DNA of 64,000 nucleotides from assembly GCA_000146465.1 (NCBI GenBank), contig CP001950.1. The stretch is one strand, 5' to 3'. Numbering within the stretch: the first letter of the stretch is position 1; the number at the start of each line of letters is the position of its first letter. Both the position numbers and the translations under genes were made by a program. The notes beneath the pieces are model-generated. The model made no database searches and was not told where the DNA came from. It saw nothing but the letters and a program-made list of their open reading frames with translations. Shown here in pieces: positions 39,830-49,876 of this stretch.

Positions 39830-40864
39830 CTACACAAAAATAAGCTCATGGACAACCACAGCCTGCGGTATGGTCTCGAAATCCAGCCGGTATAACTCTC
39901 TTGTGATGGTTTTGACATACTCTAAATCGTCTAGTGTTGTAAAAGCCGCTTGGGGATGCAGAACCAGACTGAACAATCCCAACAACGAATCAATGTTCAT
40001 TTCTGTCACTCCAGAGTTCCTGTCAATCATGCTAAGAAGTTCAAAGAGTGAAACAAGCAATTTCCTTTCTGTATCGGTAAATATAAATGGCATGTATGAA
40101 AATAGTGCTTCTCTTGCATGCCGGTCATTTGAGATGATACAGGATCTAATCCTCTCAAAAGCTTCTATGGGAACTAGACCATCCAGATGCTCTCTTATAT
40201 AGTTTTTAAGAGCATTTGCCAGCACTAGAACATCTATACTTTCAATGTCTGTGCATTTGTTTTCATGTAACTGCCTTGCTATTTTTGCAGCACTTAGCTT
40301 GTCTGGCTCATACCTAAAGATAAACTTGGTGGATATTGCTCTTCTCTTTAGCGACTCAATGACGTCAAAGACCATTGGATTGATCTGCCGACAATGTCCT
40401 ATCCTTCTCTTTTTTTGAAAGCAATTCATCCAAGCAAAAAGTGTATTTGTTGTTCTTTTTCTAAATGCATTGCAACAGAACCTGTTAAGCTCGATTTTCT
40501 GTGCAGTGGATAGAAGATCATATCTAAATTCCCGGGACTCTCCTTCAACTCCAATAAACGGAAAAATAGAAGACTTCCTTCTCCCCTGGATGGTTGTTGA
40601 ACTGAAAAGATCTTCATATAGCCGTGCATTGAAGCTTCGAATCGATCCTGGAAAAGAATTATCTTTCAATGATTTTCCTAGGATACGATCGTTCTCCGAA
40701 ATGGGCTGAAGTATGACCTGAGGACTGCACTCTTGAGAACATGTCGAAGATGAAACTCTTGATTCAGGTAGTGACTCATCTGTCCTTGAATATGTTTCTT
40801 CTATTTCCTTCATCTCGGCTATGTTGAAGATCTTTCTTTTCTTTGGAAAATCTCTTAACATCAT
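39830..40864 (-). CDS. RhoGAP-domain protein
   Basis: TKFIFRYEPDKLSAAKIARQL ... DVLVLANALKNYIREHLDGLVP matches the RhoGAP arginine-finger region (GIFR) and the downstream helix. ATG confirmed. Confidence 0.5.
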   Translation of the reverse strand: MMLRDFPKKRKIFNIAEMKEIEETYSRTDESLPESRVSSSTCSQECSPQVILQPISENDRILGKSLKDNSFPGSIRSFNARLYEDLFSSTTIQGRRKSSIFPFIGVEGESREFRYDLLSTAQKIELNRFCCNAFRKRTTNTLFAWMNCFQKKRRIGHCRQINPMVFDVIESLKRRAISTKFIFRYEPDKLSAAKIARQLHENKCTDIESIDVLVLANALKNYIREHLDGLVPIEAFERIRSCIISNDRHAREALFSYMPFIFTDTERKLLVSLFELLSMIDRNSGVTEMNIDSLLGLFSLVLHPQAAFTTLDDLEYVKTITRELYRLDFETIPQAVVVHELIFV

Positions 40865-41013
40865 GGGGTTTGTTTATCAACCTTCATAATGTGACGGATA
40901 TAGTCATGGTAATAAGATCTATAATTCATAAAAAGACCTGGTTGAGGTAATACATTAATGAATCCCGCCACCGTAGTATCTACCAGGAGCCCGTTTCAGG
41001 TTTAAAGAAATGA

Positions 41014-43482
41014 ATGAAAATTTCTAAATCCCGACAGATGCCAAAACTCCTAAAAAACTTTGGGTTTTCATCTCTTAGAAAGTTTTTAGCAGCCTACGAT
41101 ATTCCAGATCTTCCAAACATAGTAGATAGGGTGTATATCAAGGCAGATAGAAAGCCTTCAATTTCCTCGTTTGACTGCAAATTGAAGGAAATAGAACTTA
41201 TATCAAAGGCTATCAGAATGCTTTTGTCAAGAGACAAGGAAAACCATCTATGTGCGGGATACAAAAGGTGGAGTTCTGGGCCTCACGATTCAGACTTTAG
41301 AATTTTATGCTACTCACCCAGCGCCTCTTCAAAGATACTTAGGTCACACGAGTGGAGCCATTTGATGAAGTCGATTGGCGACGAGCTAGCTTTTTTCATC
41401 CTCACGGAATGTCTTGTGATTCAAATGTTAAATGGTAGTTATATCTTTCTAGCAGGAGACTTCAAAAGCCTCAGCAAGATGGCCATTGAAAGGGGGAGCA
41501 ACGCTATAAATAGGAGTGTAATCTTTTACAAACATAACCAGAAAATAAGCTTTTCTTCACTTTCCGCTTTTGAATATGTTTTTGAAGCTCACAATTCGGA
41601 AAAATATAAGACAATACAGAGAGACACCAGAGATATACTAGAGAGTATAGAAAAAAGATGGAAAAAGATTCCCATTCACTCTATGTTCAGGTCCTTTTTT
41701 AAGGACGAGTTGACTCTCGAGGGAAAGGGTAATATTTTGGAGTGTAGTGTCAAGCAGTCTAAGTTAGTGAACTTTTTGTTCCTCATTTCAAAGAAACTGC
41801 TTAAAGATGCCTTTGACTCCCATGCATTCAGAATACTGAAATCCAAGCTCTCTTTGTTGGTCCATAGGAACCGCTATGAAACAGTCAGCAAAAATGAGAT
41901 AGCAAAGTACTTTAGAATCTCTCGATTCAAGTTCTTCCGGGCCTATCGATGTAGAAGAAGTGAATTTATTTTCAGGTCCAAGATATCCTCAAGATTTCTT
42001 GTCTATGTGATGGAAAAGCTGATGATACCAATAATTTCAAGGCATTTCCATTCCACAGAAACTTCCTTTTCAAAGTTTAAGGTTCACTACTTCCCAAGAC
42101 CTATCTGGCAGCATTTTTCCGATATTTATATCGAAAGGTTCTTGAAAAGGTTTGAGCAGGTTGAAGAGAACAAGACATATCCTTATTCGGAGCTAAGATG
42201 CATTCCAAAGATGAGTGGAGCCAGGGTTATTTCGAATATGTCCAGAATTAGAAATGGGAGACCGTCGATCAACAGGAATATATATCCTGAATTCTGTGTT
42301 TTAAGAGAGGAGACTCGTGGAATGCTTGGAAATTCGATTCTAAACCATTCGGGAATGTACGAAAAACTTATTCCTTACTTGATAAAGTCCACAAAACCTT
42401 TGTATATCCTAAAGGTAGATCTTTCTGGTTGCTTTGATAACATTCCTCAGGATGAAGTTGTGAACCTAGTGAAGAGACTACTTAGTAAAAGCCGGTATTG
42501 CACAAGAAGCTTTTCTACACTAGGGGAGGCAAACGGGGAACTAAAGAACAGATACGTATGCAAAACAACTGATGTTACAGAAGCCATCGATAGATTGACT
42601 ATGGAGTCTAGTGTCTTTGGAAATAGAATAGTTAAGGAAAATTCGAACCAAAGGATTTTGAGCAGAGAAGAAATTGAGGGAACCATGATAAACATTATCA
42701 AAAGAAACTATGTAAGATACAAAGGAAAGTTCTTTATTCAGAAGACCGGGCTTGCCCAAGGGTGTGTGGCATCTACTCTTTTATGCAGCCTCTACTACAA
42801 GAGGATCGATGACCTTTATTTTGACAAGGTCTTCAAAGAAGGCATTCTTACAAGGTATGCCGACGACTTTCTTGTGGTATCTCCATCCTTAGACGAAATA
42901 ATGAAGTTTCTGGAAGTGTCTCAGTCCATCTCGCACCTGGGGGTTAATTTTAGTAAGGAGAAGATAGAATCAAACTTTGGTTTGGAAGAGTATTTTAAAA
43001 ATACATCCAACATCTCCGAACTCTCCGAACATAAGAACAAGATGAAAATAACCGACAAGCCCATAAAGTGGTGTGGAACAAAGATATATCCCAATAAGTT
43101 TTCAATTAAGTCGTGCACTATGGATCCATATCTTCCCTTTTCTACCGCTCATAGCTCGACTAGGCCTGGAAAGGCTTTGGAGTTGAGGATGAGAAAGTTG
43201 CTACGGAATCGAATGTCCAGAATTTACATAGACCCAAACAACAAAAAAGCATATGAAAACTTATATGATACGTTTCTGTTCTGTGGGAAGAAGGCGTGCC
43301 TTCTTCTCAAAAGGATGGATTTTATCAATTGTTCTTTTGCTCAAAGGATTCTTGAATGTTCAAAACATTTTGCCTTTAAGGTCTGTAGGAAGAATGGAAT
43401 CTCCATAACAAAGAAGAAGATAGAGGACATAGCCTCTAAGGCCTTCAAGAAGAGTGGCATTAGCAAAGTGATAAGTGCTTAG
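41014..43482 (+). CDS. TERT: Telomerase reverse transcriptase (TERT)
   Basis: RT motifs 1/2 LRCIPKMSGARVISNM (compare TERT FIPKxxGLRPIVNM), motif A LYILKVDLSGCFDNIPQ, motif B' FFIQKTGLAQGCVASTLLCSLYY, motif C LTRYADDFLVVS. No endonuclease, LTR or gag flanks. ATG confirmed. Confidence 0.8.
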   Translation: MKISKSRQMPKLLKNFGFSSLRKFLAAYDIPDLPNIVDRVYIKADRKPSISSFDCKLKEIELISKAIRMLLSRDKENHLCAGYKRWSSGPHDSDFRILCYSPSASSKILRSHEWSHLMKSIGDELAFFILTECLVIQMLNGSYIFLAGDFKSLSKMAIERGSNAINRSVIFYKHNQKISFSSLSAFEYVFEAHNSEKYKTIQRDTRDILESIEKRWKKIPIHSMFRSFFKDELTLEGKGNILECSVKQSKLVNFLFLISKKLLKDAFDSHAFRILKSKLSLLVHRNRYETVSKNEIAKYFRISRFKFFRAYRCRRSEFIFRSKISSRFLVYVMEKLMIPIISRHFHSTETSFSKFKVHYFPRPIWQHFSDIYIERFLKRFEQVEENKTYPYSELRCIPKMSGARVISNMSRIRNGRPSINRNIYPEFCVLREETRGMLGNSILNHSGMYEKLIPYLIKSTKPLYILKVDLSGCFDNIPQDEVVNLVKRLLSKSRYCTRSFSTLGEANGELKNRYVCKTTDVTEAIDRLTMESSVFGNRIVKENSNQRILSREEIEGTMINIIKRNYVRYKGKFFIQKTGLAQGCVASTLLCSLYYKRIDDLYFDKVFKEGILTRYADDFLVVSPSLDEIMKFLEVSQSISHLGVNFSKEKIESNFGLEEYFKNTSNISELSEHKNKMKITDKPIKWCGTKIYPNKFSIKSCTMDPYLPFSTAHSSTRPGKALELRMRKLLRNRMSRIYIDPNNKKAYENLYDTFLFCGKKACLLLKRMDFINCSFAQRILECSKHFAFKVCRKNGISITKKKIEDIASKAFKKSGISKVISA

Positions 43483-43563
43483 TCAACCGGGGAATAAGAC
43501 TCTTTACCTAAGTAAACGTTTTAATGTGAATCTTCTAAGCTTCATTCAAGAACTCTAAAACAT

Positions 43564-44865
43564 TTAGCTCTCAAAGTCTAATCTCTGCTTACTTCGGAAC
43601 CTTTCGGGACTTTTGTCTCTCAAGCCACCGCTTAGCCTTCTACTAAGGGGCGAATAAGCTGGACCTCGGGCATTGCTATGCTCCTTGTCGTCGCTAGTTA
43701 GTTCCATGGTGATTTTATTCGATACTGTTTCAATAGGCCTTCCCAGCACAGGAACGCCTCTTCTCCCATCTCTTGAGTGCAAAAACCATCTAGGCATCAT
43801 GATGGTAAGATGAGGCTTGTAAATCCAATTGTAGACATAGTCAATTGACAGTTTCATTGCTCCAACCTTGTATTTCATGTTCAACTTGTCTCTGCAGGCC
43901 ATCATTAGCAGGTGCGATGGAACAGAATCTCCACATATTGATCTTACAGCACATATAAACAAGTCATTCAGGCCCAGAAAGTTTACAAGGCCTGTCCCTT
44001 TCTCCTTAGACATAAACATTAGAACAATATGTAAAATGTTTCTAAGAGAAATATCATCAACATTGAAGATATCAAACAGAAGATAAAGAGCATTGAGTAA
44101 CGATTTTGCCCCCATGTACCTTTTCATATCCAATCTTACTCCACTATGAAGAGAATCTCTATAACCCCCCTCAAGTAAACACCCATCGAAATCCTTTTTT
44201 TCAAAAAGGATCTTTGCAACTATTTTTCTATACAGCCCATCAAGAAGATATCCTATATATCTATCTCCATGGTAAATCGATATTGCAAACACATTGAACG
44301 ACAAAAACAGCCTCATTCTGTCATCGGGATTCTGTAGCAAAAACAATGTTCTCAGCATTTCCTGGCTAGTAAGTCCTGATCTCTGAACCGGAGTGAGTCT
44401 AACAGGCCTAAATCCATCAATCATCTCCTCAACATCCCCAAATAAATTGAAGCTGTCCAGAAGAAAGCCGAGAAAAAGGCTTTTATCCACACCATCTATT
44501 TGGACCATCAATCCTTCCGATAAGATTGCAAGCTCCTTTAAGAAGTCAGAAAACCCCATGACAAAATGAAGGGAACTCTTAAAGATATTGTAGTTGATTC
44601 TAATCTTTCTCTCCCATCCATTAGTTTTTACAAAAAGAATCCTCTCTATGTTCATTCTGGCCATTGTGTCATGCCCTGCTCGTCTTTTATAGTTGTTCTC
44701 GTCCTCCATAGTGTACTTCTCCCTAGCTTTCTCTTCATGATCTTCATAGCTGCTGATGCATTTTTGTACATACTTTCGTGCGCTAGTGTAAATATAGTTC
44801 ACGGGCATTCCTACATCGATCTCATCATCAAAATTAACTTCTAAGCATGCGATCCCGTCTTCCAT
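43564..44865 (-). CDS. Hypothetical protein (433 aa) with S/R-rich phosphorylatable tail
   Basis: ATG confirmed. No family recognised. Confidence 0.4.
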   Translation of the reverse strand: MEDGIACLEVNFDDEIDVGMPVNYIYTSARKYVQKCISSYEDHEEKAREKYTMEDENNYKRRAGHDTMARMNIERILFVKTNGWERKIRINYNIFKSSLHFVMGFSDFLKELAILSEGLMVQIDGVDKSLFLGFLLDSFNLFGDVEEMIDGFRPVRLTPVQRSGLTSQEMLRTLFLLQNPDDRMRLFLSFNVFAISIYHGDRYIGYLLDGLYRKIVAKILFEKKDFDGCLLEGGYRDSLHSGVRLDMKRYMGAKSLLNALYLLFDIFNVDDISLRNILHIVLMFMSKEKGTGLVNFLGLNDLFICAVRSICGDSVPSHLLMMACRDKLNMKYKVGAMKLSIDYVYNWIYKPHLTIMMPRWFLHSRDGRRGVPVLGRPIETVSNKITMELTSDDKEHSNARGPAYSPLSRRLSGGLRDKSPERFRSKQRLDFES

Positions 44866-45126
44866 CCGTTACGGCTGTGATTAAAATTATTTTGTTCATT
44901 TTTATTATAAAGGTAATTTAAAATGTGTTTAAAATTAGATTTGTTATTCCATCGGACCTTCTTTTCTTGTAAACATTTACTTTTCTTGAAAGAAATAGAA
45001 CCTGGCATTTTGATCTTTCATCCGGCTAGATGCTCTTTATTTCCTGCTCTCCAAATGTAATGTTTATCAGAGAAACTAAGCCGATTAAAACATAAAGGAT
45101 TAAAATACACCCAGGCTCACCCCAGG

Positions 45127-45855
45127 ATGTCTAATTTGGATTTCTGCACTATCTACACAACAACAGGCCAAATTGATCAACTTTCCTATGCACAAAAGGC
45201 TGCAGATTCAGGCGATACATGTATCGGAATAAAAAGTAGGAATGGAATAGTTCTATTGGCAGAAAAGCCTCGGATTTCTCCCCTCTATGTGCTTGAATCT
45301 GATGAAAGGATAAAAAGAGCAGGAAATTCTGTTGCAGTTGTATCCACAGGATTGACTCCAGATGTGTTTTATGTCGGGTGTGCAGTTAAAGATCATGTAT
45401 TCCATCACAAGGAAAACTTCAACGAGGACCCCACTCCGGAGATTATGAAGGTCTATCTGAATGATATATTCCATTATTTCACTAGAAGCATTAATCTCAG
45501 GGTTTTGGGGGTAAATAGCCTGGCAAGTGTATACAAGGAAGGAAGGTTTTCATTACTGCATACCGATTGCTCTGGAAAAACACTCTCCTACAAGGCAGCA
45601 TGCATAGGAAAAGGAACGAGAAGAATCAAGACAGAGCTTGAGAAGCTAGACATCGACAATATGACGATTGAGGAGATGGTGGACACAGGGGTGAAAGTGC
45701 TGTATATGGCACATGATCCTTCCAAAGACAAGGAGTTCGATATTGAAGTTGGAATTGTATCTACAGAGACAGGGGGAAAGCTAAGAAAACTTGAAAGTAA
45801 TGAGATACAAATATTTGTTGACAAGCATAAGCACATGAGTGTTGATGAAGACTAG
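45127..45855 (+). CDS. Proteasome alpha-type subunit (divergent)
   Basis: N-terminal TIYTTTGQIDQLSYAQKAA parallels TIFSPEGRLYQVEYAxxAI, then GxTCIGIKSRNGIVLLAEK. ATG confirmed, with a CACCCCAGG motif immediately upstream. Confidence 0.65.
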   Translation: MSNLDFCTIYTTTGQIDQLSYAQKAADSGDTCIGIKSRNGIVLLAEKPRISPLYVLESDERIKRAGNSVAVVSTGLTPDVFYVGCAVKDHVFHHKENFNEDPTPEIMKVYLNDIFHYFTRSINLRVLGVNSLASVYKEGRFSLLHTDCSGKTLSYKAACIGKGTRRIKTELEKLDIDNMTIEEMVDTGVKVLYMAHDPSKDKEFDIEVGIVSTETGGKLRKLESNEIQIFVDKHKHMSVDED

Positions 45856-45906
45856 GGAAAGGCCCCTCTTGTTCTGCAATAAATCCCTTGGTCTACTGCA
45901 CCCTTT

Positions 45907-46689
45907 ATGACATCTGTAATAAACTACCGATTTCGCTCGAATAAAAACTTTTCACGGATTGTATTCCAAGGAACTGGACTACCTTTGTGGGAACTCAAGT
46001 ACGAGATAATCAACCAAAGAAAGATGGTCTCGAAGGATTTCGACCTACTATTTTTCGATGGAGAAACGGATGAAGAAATAAATGACGAATATCAGATCAT
46101 TTCGATGAATAGCCATGTGATAGTAAACAGGATTCCCTTGTGGATGTCAAAAGGAGGATACAATGTCAAAGAGAAGAGGCTTGAGTCCCAGACCCATCAC
46201 CACAATACACAAAGACATGGAAAGACTGTTCCTGAAAGCTATGTGTGCTTCCGGTGCGGGCAAAAAGGACATTATATTCAGAACTGCCACACAAATCAAG
46301 ATAAGGCATTTGACATTCTGAGAATCCGGAAGCCTTCGGGGATTCCCAAAGACTTTCTTGTCCCTGTATCTGGAGAAAGTGTCCCAACAAATGCTGCCAT
46401 GTTAGTTACTCCGGAAGGAGGATACGTTAAAGCTCAGCCTCAGGTTCAAGAATGGAAGAAGTACAAGCAAAGGACTAAAATGACAGTTGAGATTCCAGAC
46501 AGACTGAAATGTCCTTTGTGTCACTGTTTACTTGTAAATCCGATGAGAACAAACTGCGGACACACATTCTGTGATCAATGCGTAGGGATCGATAGAAAAT
46601 GCTATGTGTGCTCGAAAGTTGTTGAAAACTTCACGCAAGACATAGCCATGAAAGTTGAAGTTGAGAAAGCTATAGAACAAAGAAGATAA
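45907..46689 (+). CDS. MPE1: Mpe1/RBBP6-type cleavage-polyadenylation factor subunit (DWNN domain plus CCHC zinc knuckle plus RING)
   Basis: DWNN MTSVINYRFRSNKNFSRIVFQGTGLPLWELKYEII; zinc knuckle CFRCGQKGHYIQNC; RING CPLCHCLLVNPMRTNCGHTFCDQCV. ATG confirmed. Confidence 0.8.
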   Translation: MTSVINYRFRSNKNFSRIVFQGTGLPLWELKYEIINQRKMVSKDFDLLFFDGETDEEINDEYQIISMNSHVIVNRIPLWMSKGGYNVKEKRLESQTHHHNTQRHGKTVPESYVCFRCGQKGHYIQNCHTNQDKAFDILRIRKPSGIPKDFLVPVSGESVPTNAAMLVTPEGGYVKAQPQVQEWKKYKQRTKMTVEIPDRLKCPLCHCLLVNPMRTNCGHTFCDQCVGIDRKCYVCSKVVENFTQDIAMKVEVEKAIEQRR

Positions 46690-46784
46690 GAATATGCTAA
46701 ACAATTAAAACACCATATAAATATTCTAAAGAAAGGCAACCATAAAACTTGTATTTGTTATAAGTGAAGCCCAAGAGTCTCTTT

Positions 46785-48137
46785 TTAAAGTATGTTTTTG
46801 TAGAGGAAGTATTCAAAGAAGGGGTTGTCCGGAATTGAGTCAACATGTGTAGAGTCCTGGTCGAACTCCCGGCATCTTGGGTTTGTACAGTCTGAAAACT
46901 CTATGTCATAGTATGCAGAGATGTCCTTAATTAGACTTCTGAATTCGGGCACGGATCTGGAGCAGCAGCAGAGAATAAGTCTTTTGAGGAGGACATGTGC
47001 TCTATGGATTGGCTGGCGTATCTTTATAAATAAGAATCTGATGACCTTGACGAGTTCATCATTGTCCACAATCTCAGGGTTTATTGGATGAATCATGGAG
47101 TACAGAAGATCCACCAATCCATTGAAATCATAGCATTCATCCTCATACAAGGTTAGTATGGAAAGGATCCCCTGGACCTTGGCGTCAGAGGGTATCTTTG
47201 AAAGGCTGTTGTTTAGTAGGAAATAGAGGCCCTCCATGAACCCTGGACGAAGAATTTTCCTATACTTCACAAGCCCCATAAACACATATTTATAACACTC
47301 GTATCTATCTCCCTTAAGAACCGTGAAGTACAACCTTTGAATGGCATCATAGATCCTCTTACAACTTTTCATTTCTTCAATACGCCCTTCGATGTCCTCT
47401 TCATCTTTAACCTCAGACTGAAGACTTAGACGCTCTTTCTCCATCTTCTTAAGTTTTTTGTTAAATATGCGTTTTCTATGGAATATGCTATTCTTGTCTC
47501 TCCTGGATACTCCCCTGTTTGCCTCCCAATACTCTTTGGCTTTCTCTTCATCACTCTTCAAAGAGTTGTTTACAAATGGAATGTCCAACAAGTATTCCAG
47601 AATCAAGGGATTGTACTCGAAGTCAAGCATCTGGTCTAGTATAGTTGCAATCAACTCACCGGAACAATCGCTTCTCAGCTTCAACTTTATTGTGTTGCAG
47701 CACATCATCGGTACAGACCCCTTTCCAAGAGATCCTCTCAGAACCCCCGAGACAATCTTGTCTGTGGCATTAAAGTGGTCGAAATGCTGTAAGACCTCGC
47801 ACAATGAGATATAACTTTCGTTAGATATATCATCAACCATGGTCTTTACATAAGATGTGTACCATTTAAGAAGATTCTTATCATGGTCTTTCAAGTGAAG
47901 AGCATCTCTTTTGTCTTTCACCACGTCTTTCAAAGACCTCACTTTGTACAGAGGAATGACTGCTTTAAACACTTTAAAAAGAGACAGATAAACCATTCCC
48001 TTTGCTTTCCCTTCAAATGATCCATTTCTAAGCATCTCAAATATTCCCTCCATCATATCTAGGTTCTCCTGTGGGTTTTCTATGATCTTTGTGCATATGG
48101 ACCCAATCTTCGACTTCTGCTGATCCATTTTATCCAT
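46785..48137 (-). CDS. Hypothetical helical-repeat protein (450 aa); Noc3/CBF-like ribosome-biogenesis factor possible
   Basis: ATG confirmed. All-helical. The assignment is speculative. Confidence 0.4.
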   Translation of the reverse strand: MDKMDQQKSKIGSICTKIIENPQENLDMMEGIFEMLRNGSFEGKAKGMVYLSLFKVFKAVIPLYKVRSLKDVVKDKRDALHLKDHDKNLLKWYTSYVKTMVDDISNESYISLCEVLQHFDHFNATDKIVSGVLRGSLGKGSVPMMCCNTIKLKLRSDCSGELIATILDQMLDFEYNPLILEYLLDIPFVNNSLKSDEEKAKEYWEANRGVSRRDKNSIFHRKRIFNKKLKKMEKERLSLQSEVKDEEDIEGRIEEMKSCKRIYDAIQRLYFTVLKGDRYECYKYVFMGLVKYRKILRPGFMEGLYFLLNNSLSKIPSDAKVQGILSILTLYEDECYDFNGLVDLLYSMIHPINPEIVDNDELVKVIRFLFIKIRQPIHRAHVLLKRLILCCCSRSVPEFRSLIKDISAYYDIEFSDCTNPRCREFDQDSTHVDSIPDNPFFEYFLYKNIL

Positions 48138-48257
48138 CGGCTAACAGTATATTTTTTATTGGAGCAAAAAGCAGATTGGTTGGAAACCAAATATGGAAGA
48201 ATTGATAAGATTTATTGACTTAGATACGGATATACTGAATGACCACGACAGAACTTC

Positions 48258-48611
48258 CTACGGTTCTATCCGAGCTTCGTTGTCTATCTTTTGCTTGCTT
48301 GGGCTACACTGGCACAAGATGGAAATCTTACTTATATAGATGAAAGGCTTCATTTCTCTAATGCAAAGAACATCTCCATCTATTTCGTAGTGAATTTTTG
48401 AAAGACAGATGCAATTGCTGGCCTTGTGCTTCTTGCATTTGCTAATATCACTTTCACACCTGCCGTTCTGGTTGCACTGTTCTCCTGTATTCCCAGTACC
48501 TTGAGACAAATACAACACAAGTGTGTCTTCTCCAGAAACTTCCCCAATTCGAATATCCCCGGGCCTGGCTTCGGTGTTTGGAATACTGTTTTCGGCGGTG
48601 TTCTCCTCCAT
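48258..48611 (-). CDS. Small Cys-rich protein (117 aa), possible zinc-binding
   Basis: ATG confirmed. Cys spacing CNQNGRC...C...CIC...C...CQC. No family recognised. Confidence 0.3.
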   Translation of the reverse strand: MEENTAENSIPNTEARPGDIRIGEVSGEDTLVLYLSQGTGNTGEQCNQNGRCESDISKCKKHKASNCICLSKIHYEIDGDVLCIREMKPFIYISKISILCQCSPSKQKIDNEARIEP

Positions 48612-48770
48612 CTTAGGAATTCCGTCTTTGCACCTCGGAGCGTTTTATCTGTTTCATACATGACGTCAAAATAAGGAGATGATAGGATCTATCTATTGAC
48701 CATCTGCTTGGAAGCAGAAGAAAGAGACCTGGGCAAAGAAGCAAGATTTCCCTGCAAAATTTTACCCAAG

Positions 48771-49448
48771 ATGATTGCAGTAATAGACACAGGATATTTC
48801 ATAGAAAGGCAGATTCCTACAGACAAGGTGATTAGGGGATATGTTACAGATTCTGTTATAAATGAACTTAAGACTGCAGAGTCTGAAGAATATCTCAAGT
48901 TCTTCTCCTTCATGATAGAGGTAAGGAATCCTTCGGAAGAATATGTAGAGAAGGTTAGAAGAGATCTTAGAAAAGAGGTCAACAACTTGAGTAATACAGA
49001 TATCGAGGTTGTAGCACTAACACTGGAACTAAAAGATGAGGTCTCGGAAATGTGGGTTGGGCCGGAAAGCCAGAACCAAGAGGAAGTTGTTTGCTTTACA
49101 AATGACAACGGGATAAAGAATGCGTTATTGCGGTACACTATATACGAGAGCTCTATGTTTTCCTCTCGAAAGTATAAAGTCCGATGCTATGGATGTTTTA
49201 GCCTTTTTTCCGAGAATCTGGACTTCTGCAAAAAATGTGGACATCGAACACTGACAAGAATAGCCGTTGGAGACACGGAGAATGGGGAGGTTATGTTTTT
49301 TAAGAAAGGATACGAATACAGGAAGCCAAAGACACTTAAGAATGCAAAGGGAGTGGAACTCCGGAGTGCAGATCAGAGAGAGTATGTCCAGTATCAAAAA
49401 AATCTAAAGAGTAAAAGCAACAGGTCCCAGAGAGGACTAGATTTCTGA
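48771..49448 (+). CDS. NOB1: Nob1 (PIN-domain endonuclease for 20S pre-rRNA site D) with C-terminal zinc ribbon
   Basis: PIN N-terminus MIAVIDTGYFIE; zinc ribbon RCYGCFSLF...CKKCGH. Track start 48696 is TTG; the first ATG is at about 48771. Confidence 0.7.
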   Translation: MIAVIDTGYFIERQIPTDKVIRGYVTDSVINELKTAESEEYLKFFSFMIEVRNPSEEYVEKVRRDLRKEVNNLSNTDIEVVALTLELKDEVSEMWVGPESQNQEEVVCFTNDNGIKNALLRYTIYESSMFSSRKYKVRCYGCFSLFSENLDFCKKCGHRTLTRIAVGDTENGEVMFFKKGYEYRKPKTLKNAKGVELRSADQREYVQYQKNLKSKSNRSQRGLDF

Positions 49449-49457
49449 AATCATGAG

Positions 49458-49778
49458 TTATTGTTTATTGAGGCTTATGATGTCGTATAAAAAGAATAAA
49501 CCTTCCGAAACTATCACTTTTTTTATATCATCTGCCGATACCTCTTGCTTCTGTCTCTTACCAGATATCTCCTTTGCCTTGTTCAATATAAACTCTGAGA
49601 GGATGGAGACGTATTTCGATATCAGTTTCATTCTTCTCTCTTCGGTGCTAAGGTTTATTAAAGCTGCAATATCAGAAACATTTTGAAGATCTAGAATCTT
49701 AGCTGGAGCCTGTTTCCCTCCATCTACCTTAATCTTTTTACAAACCGTCAGTATATTGTTTCTGTATCCCATAGGCAT
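49458..49778 (-). CDS. Histone-fold protein, NC2-beta/Dr1- or NF-YB/Dpb4-like
   Basis: KLISKYVSILSEFILNKAKEISGKRQKQEVSADDIKKVIVSEGLF aligns to Dr1 ELVVNCCTEFIHLISSEANEICNKSEKKTISPEHVIQALESLGF. ATG confirmed. Confidence 0.5.
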   Translation of the reverse strand: MPMGYRNNILTVCKKIKVDGGKQAPAKILDLQNVSDIAALINLSTEERRMKLISKYVSILSEFILNKAKEISGKRQKQEVSADDIKKVIVSEGLFFLYDIISLNKQ

Positions 49779-49876
49779 CCCTGGGTGGAGGATTTATATT
49801 TGTTAGATAAAGACGGAGTACAATCTCCTTCCAAAGATTGTGAGGGCCTATTTCTGGAATCTGAAAACACCGTTAA

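Noticed and set aside
41014-43482. Reverse transcriptase as a mobile element (LINE/retrotransposon)
   Set aside because: The motifs are telomerase-specific (FIPK..G.RPI, QG..S..L, YADDFLV). It is a single ORF with normal flanking housekeeping genes, and there are no LTRs, endonuclease or gag.
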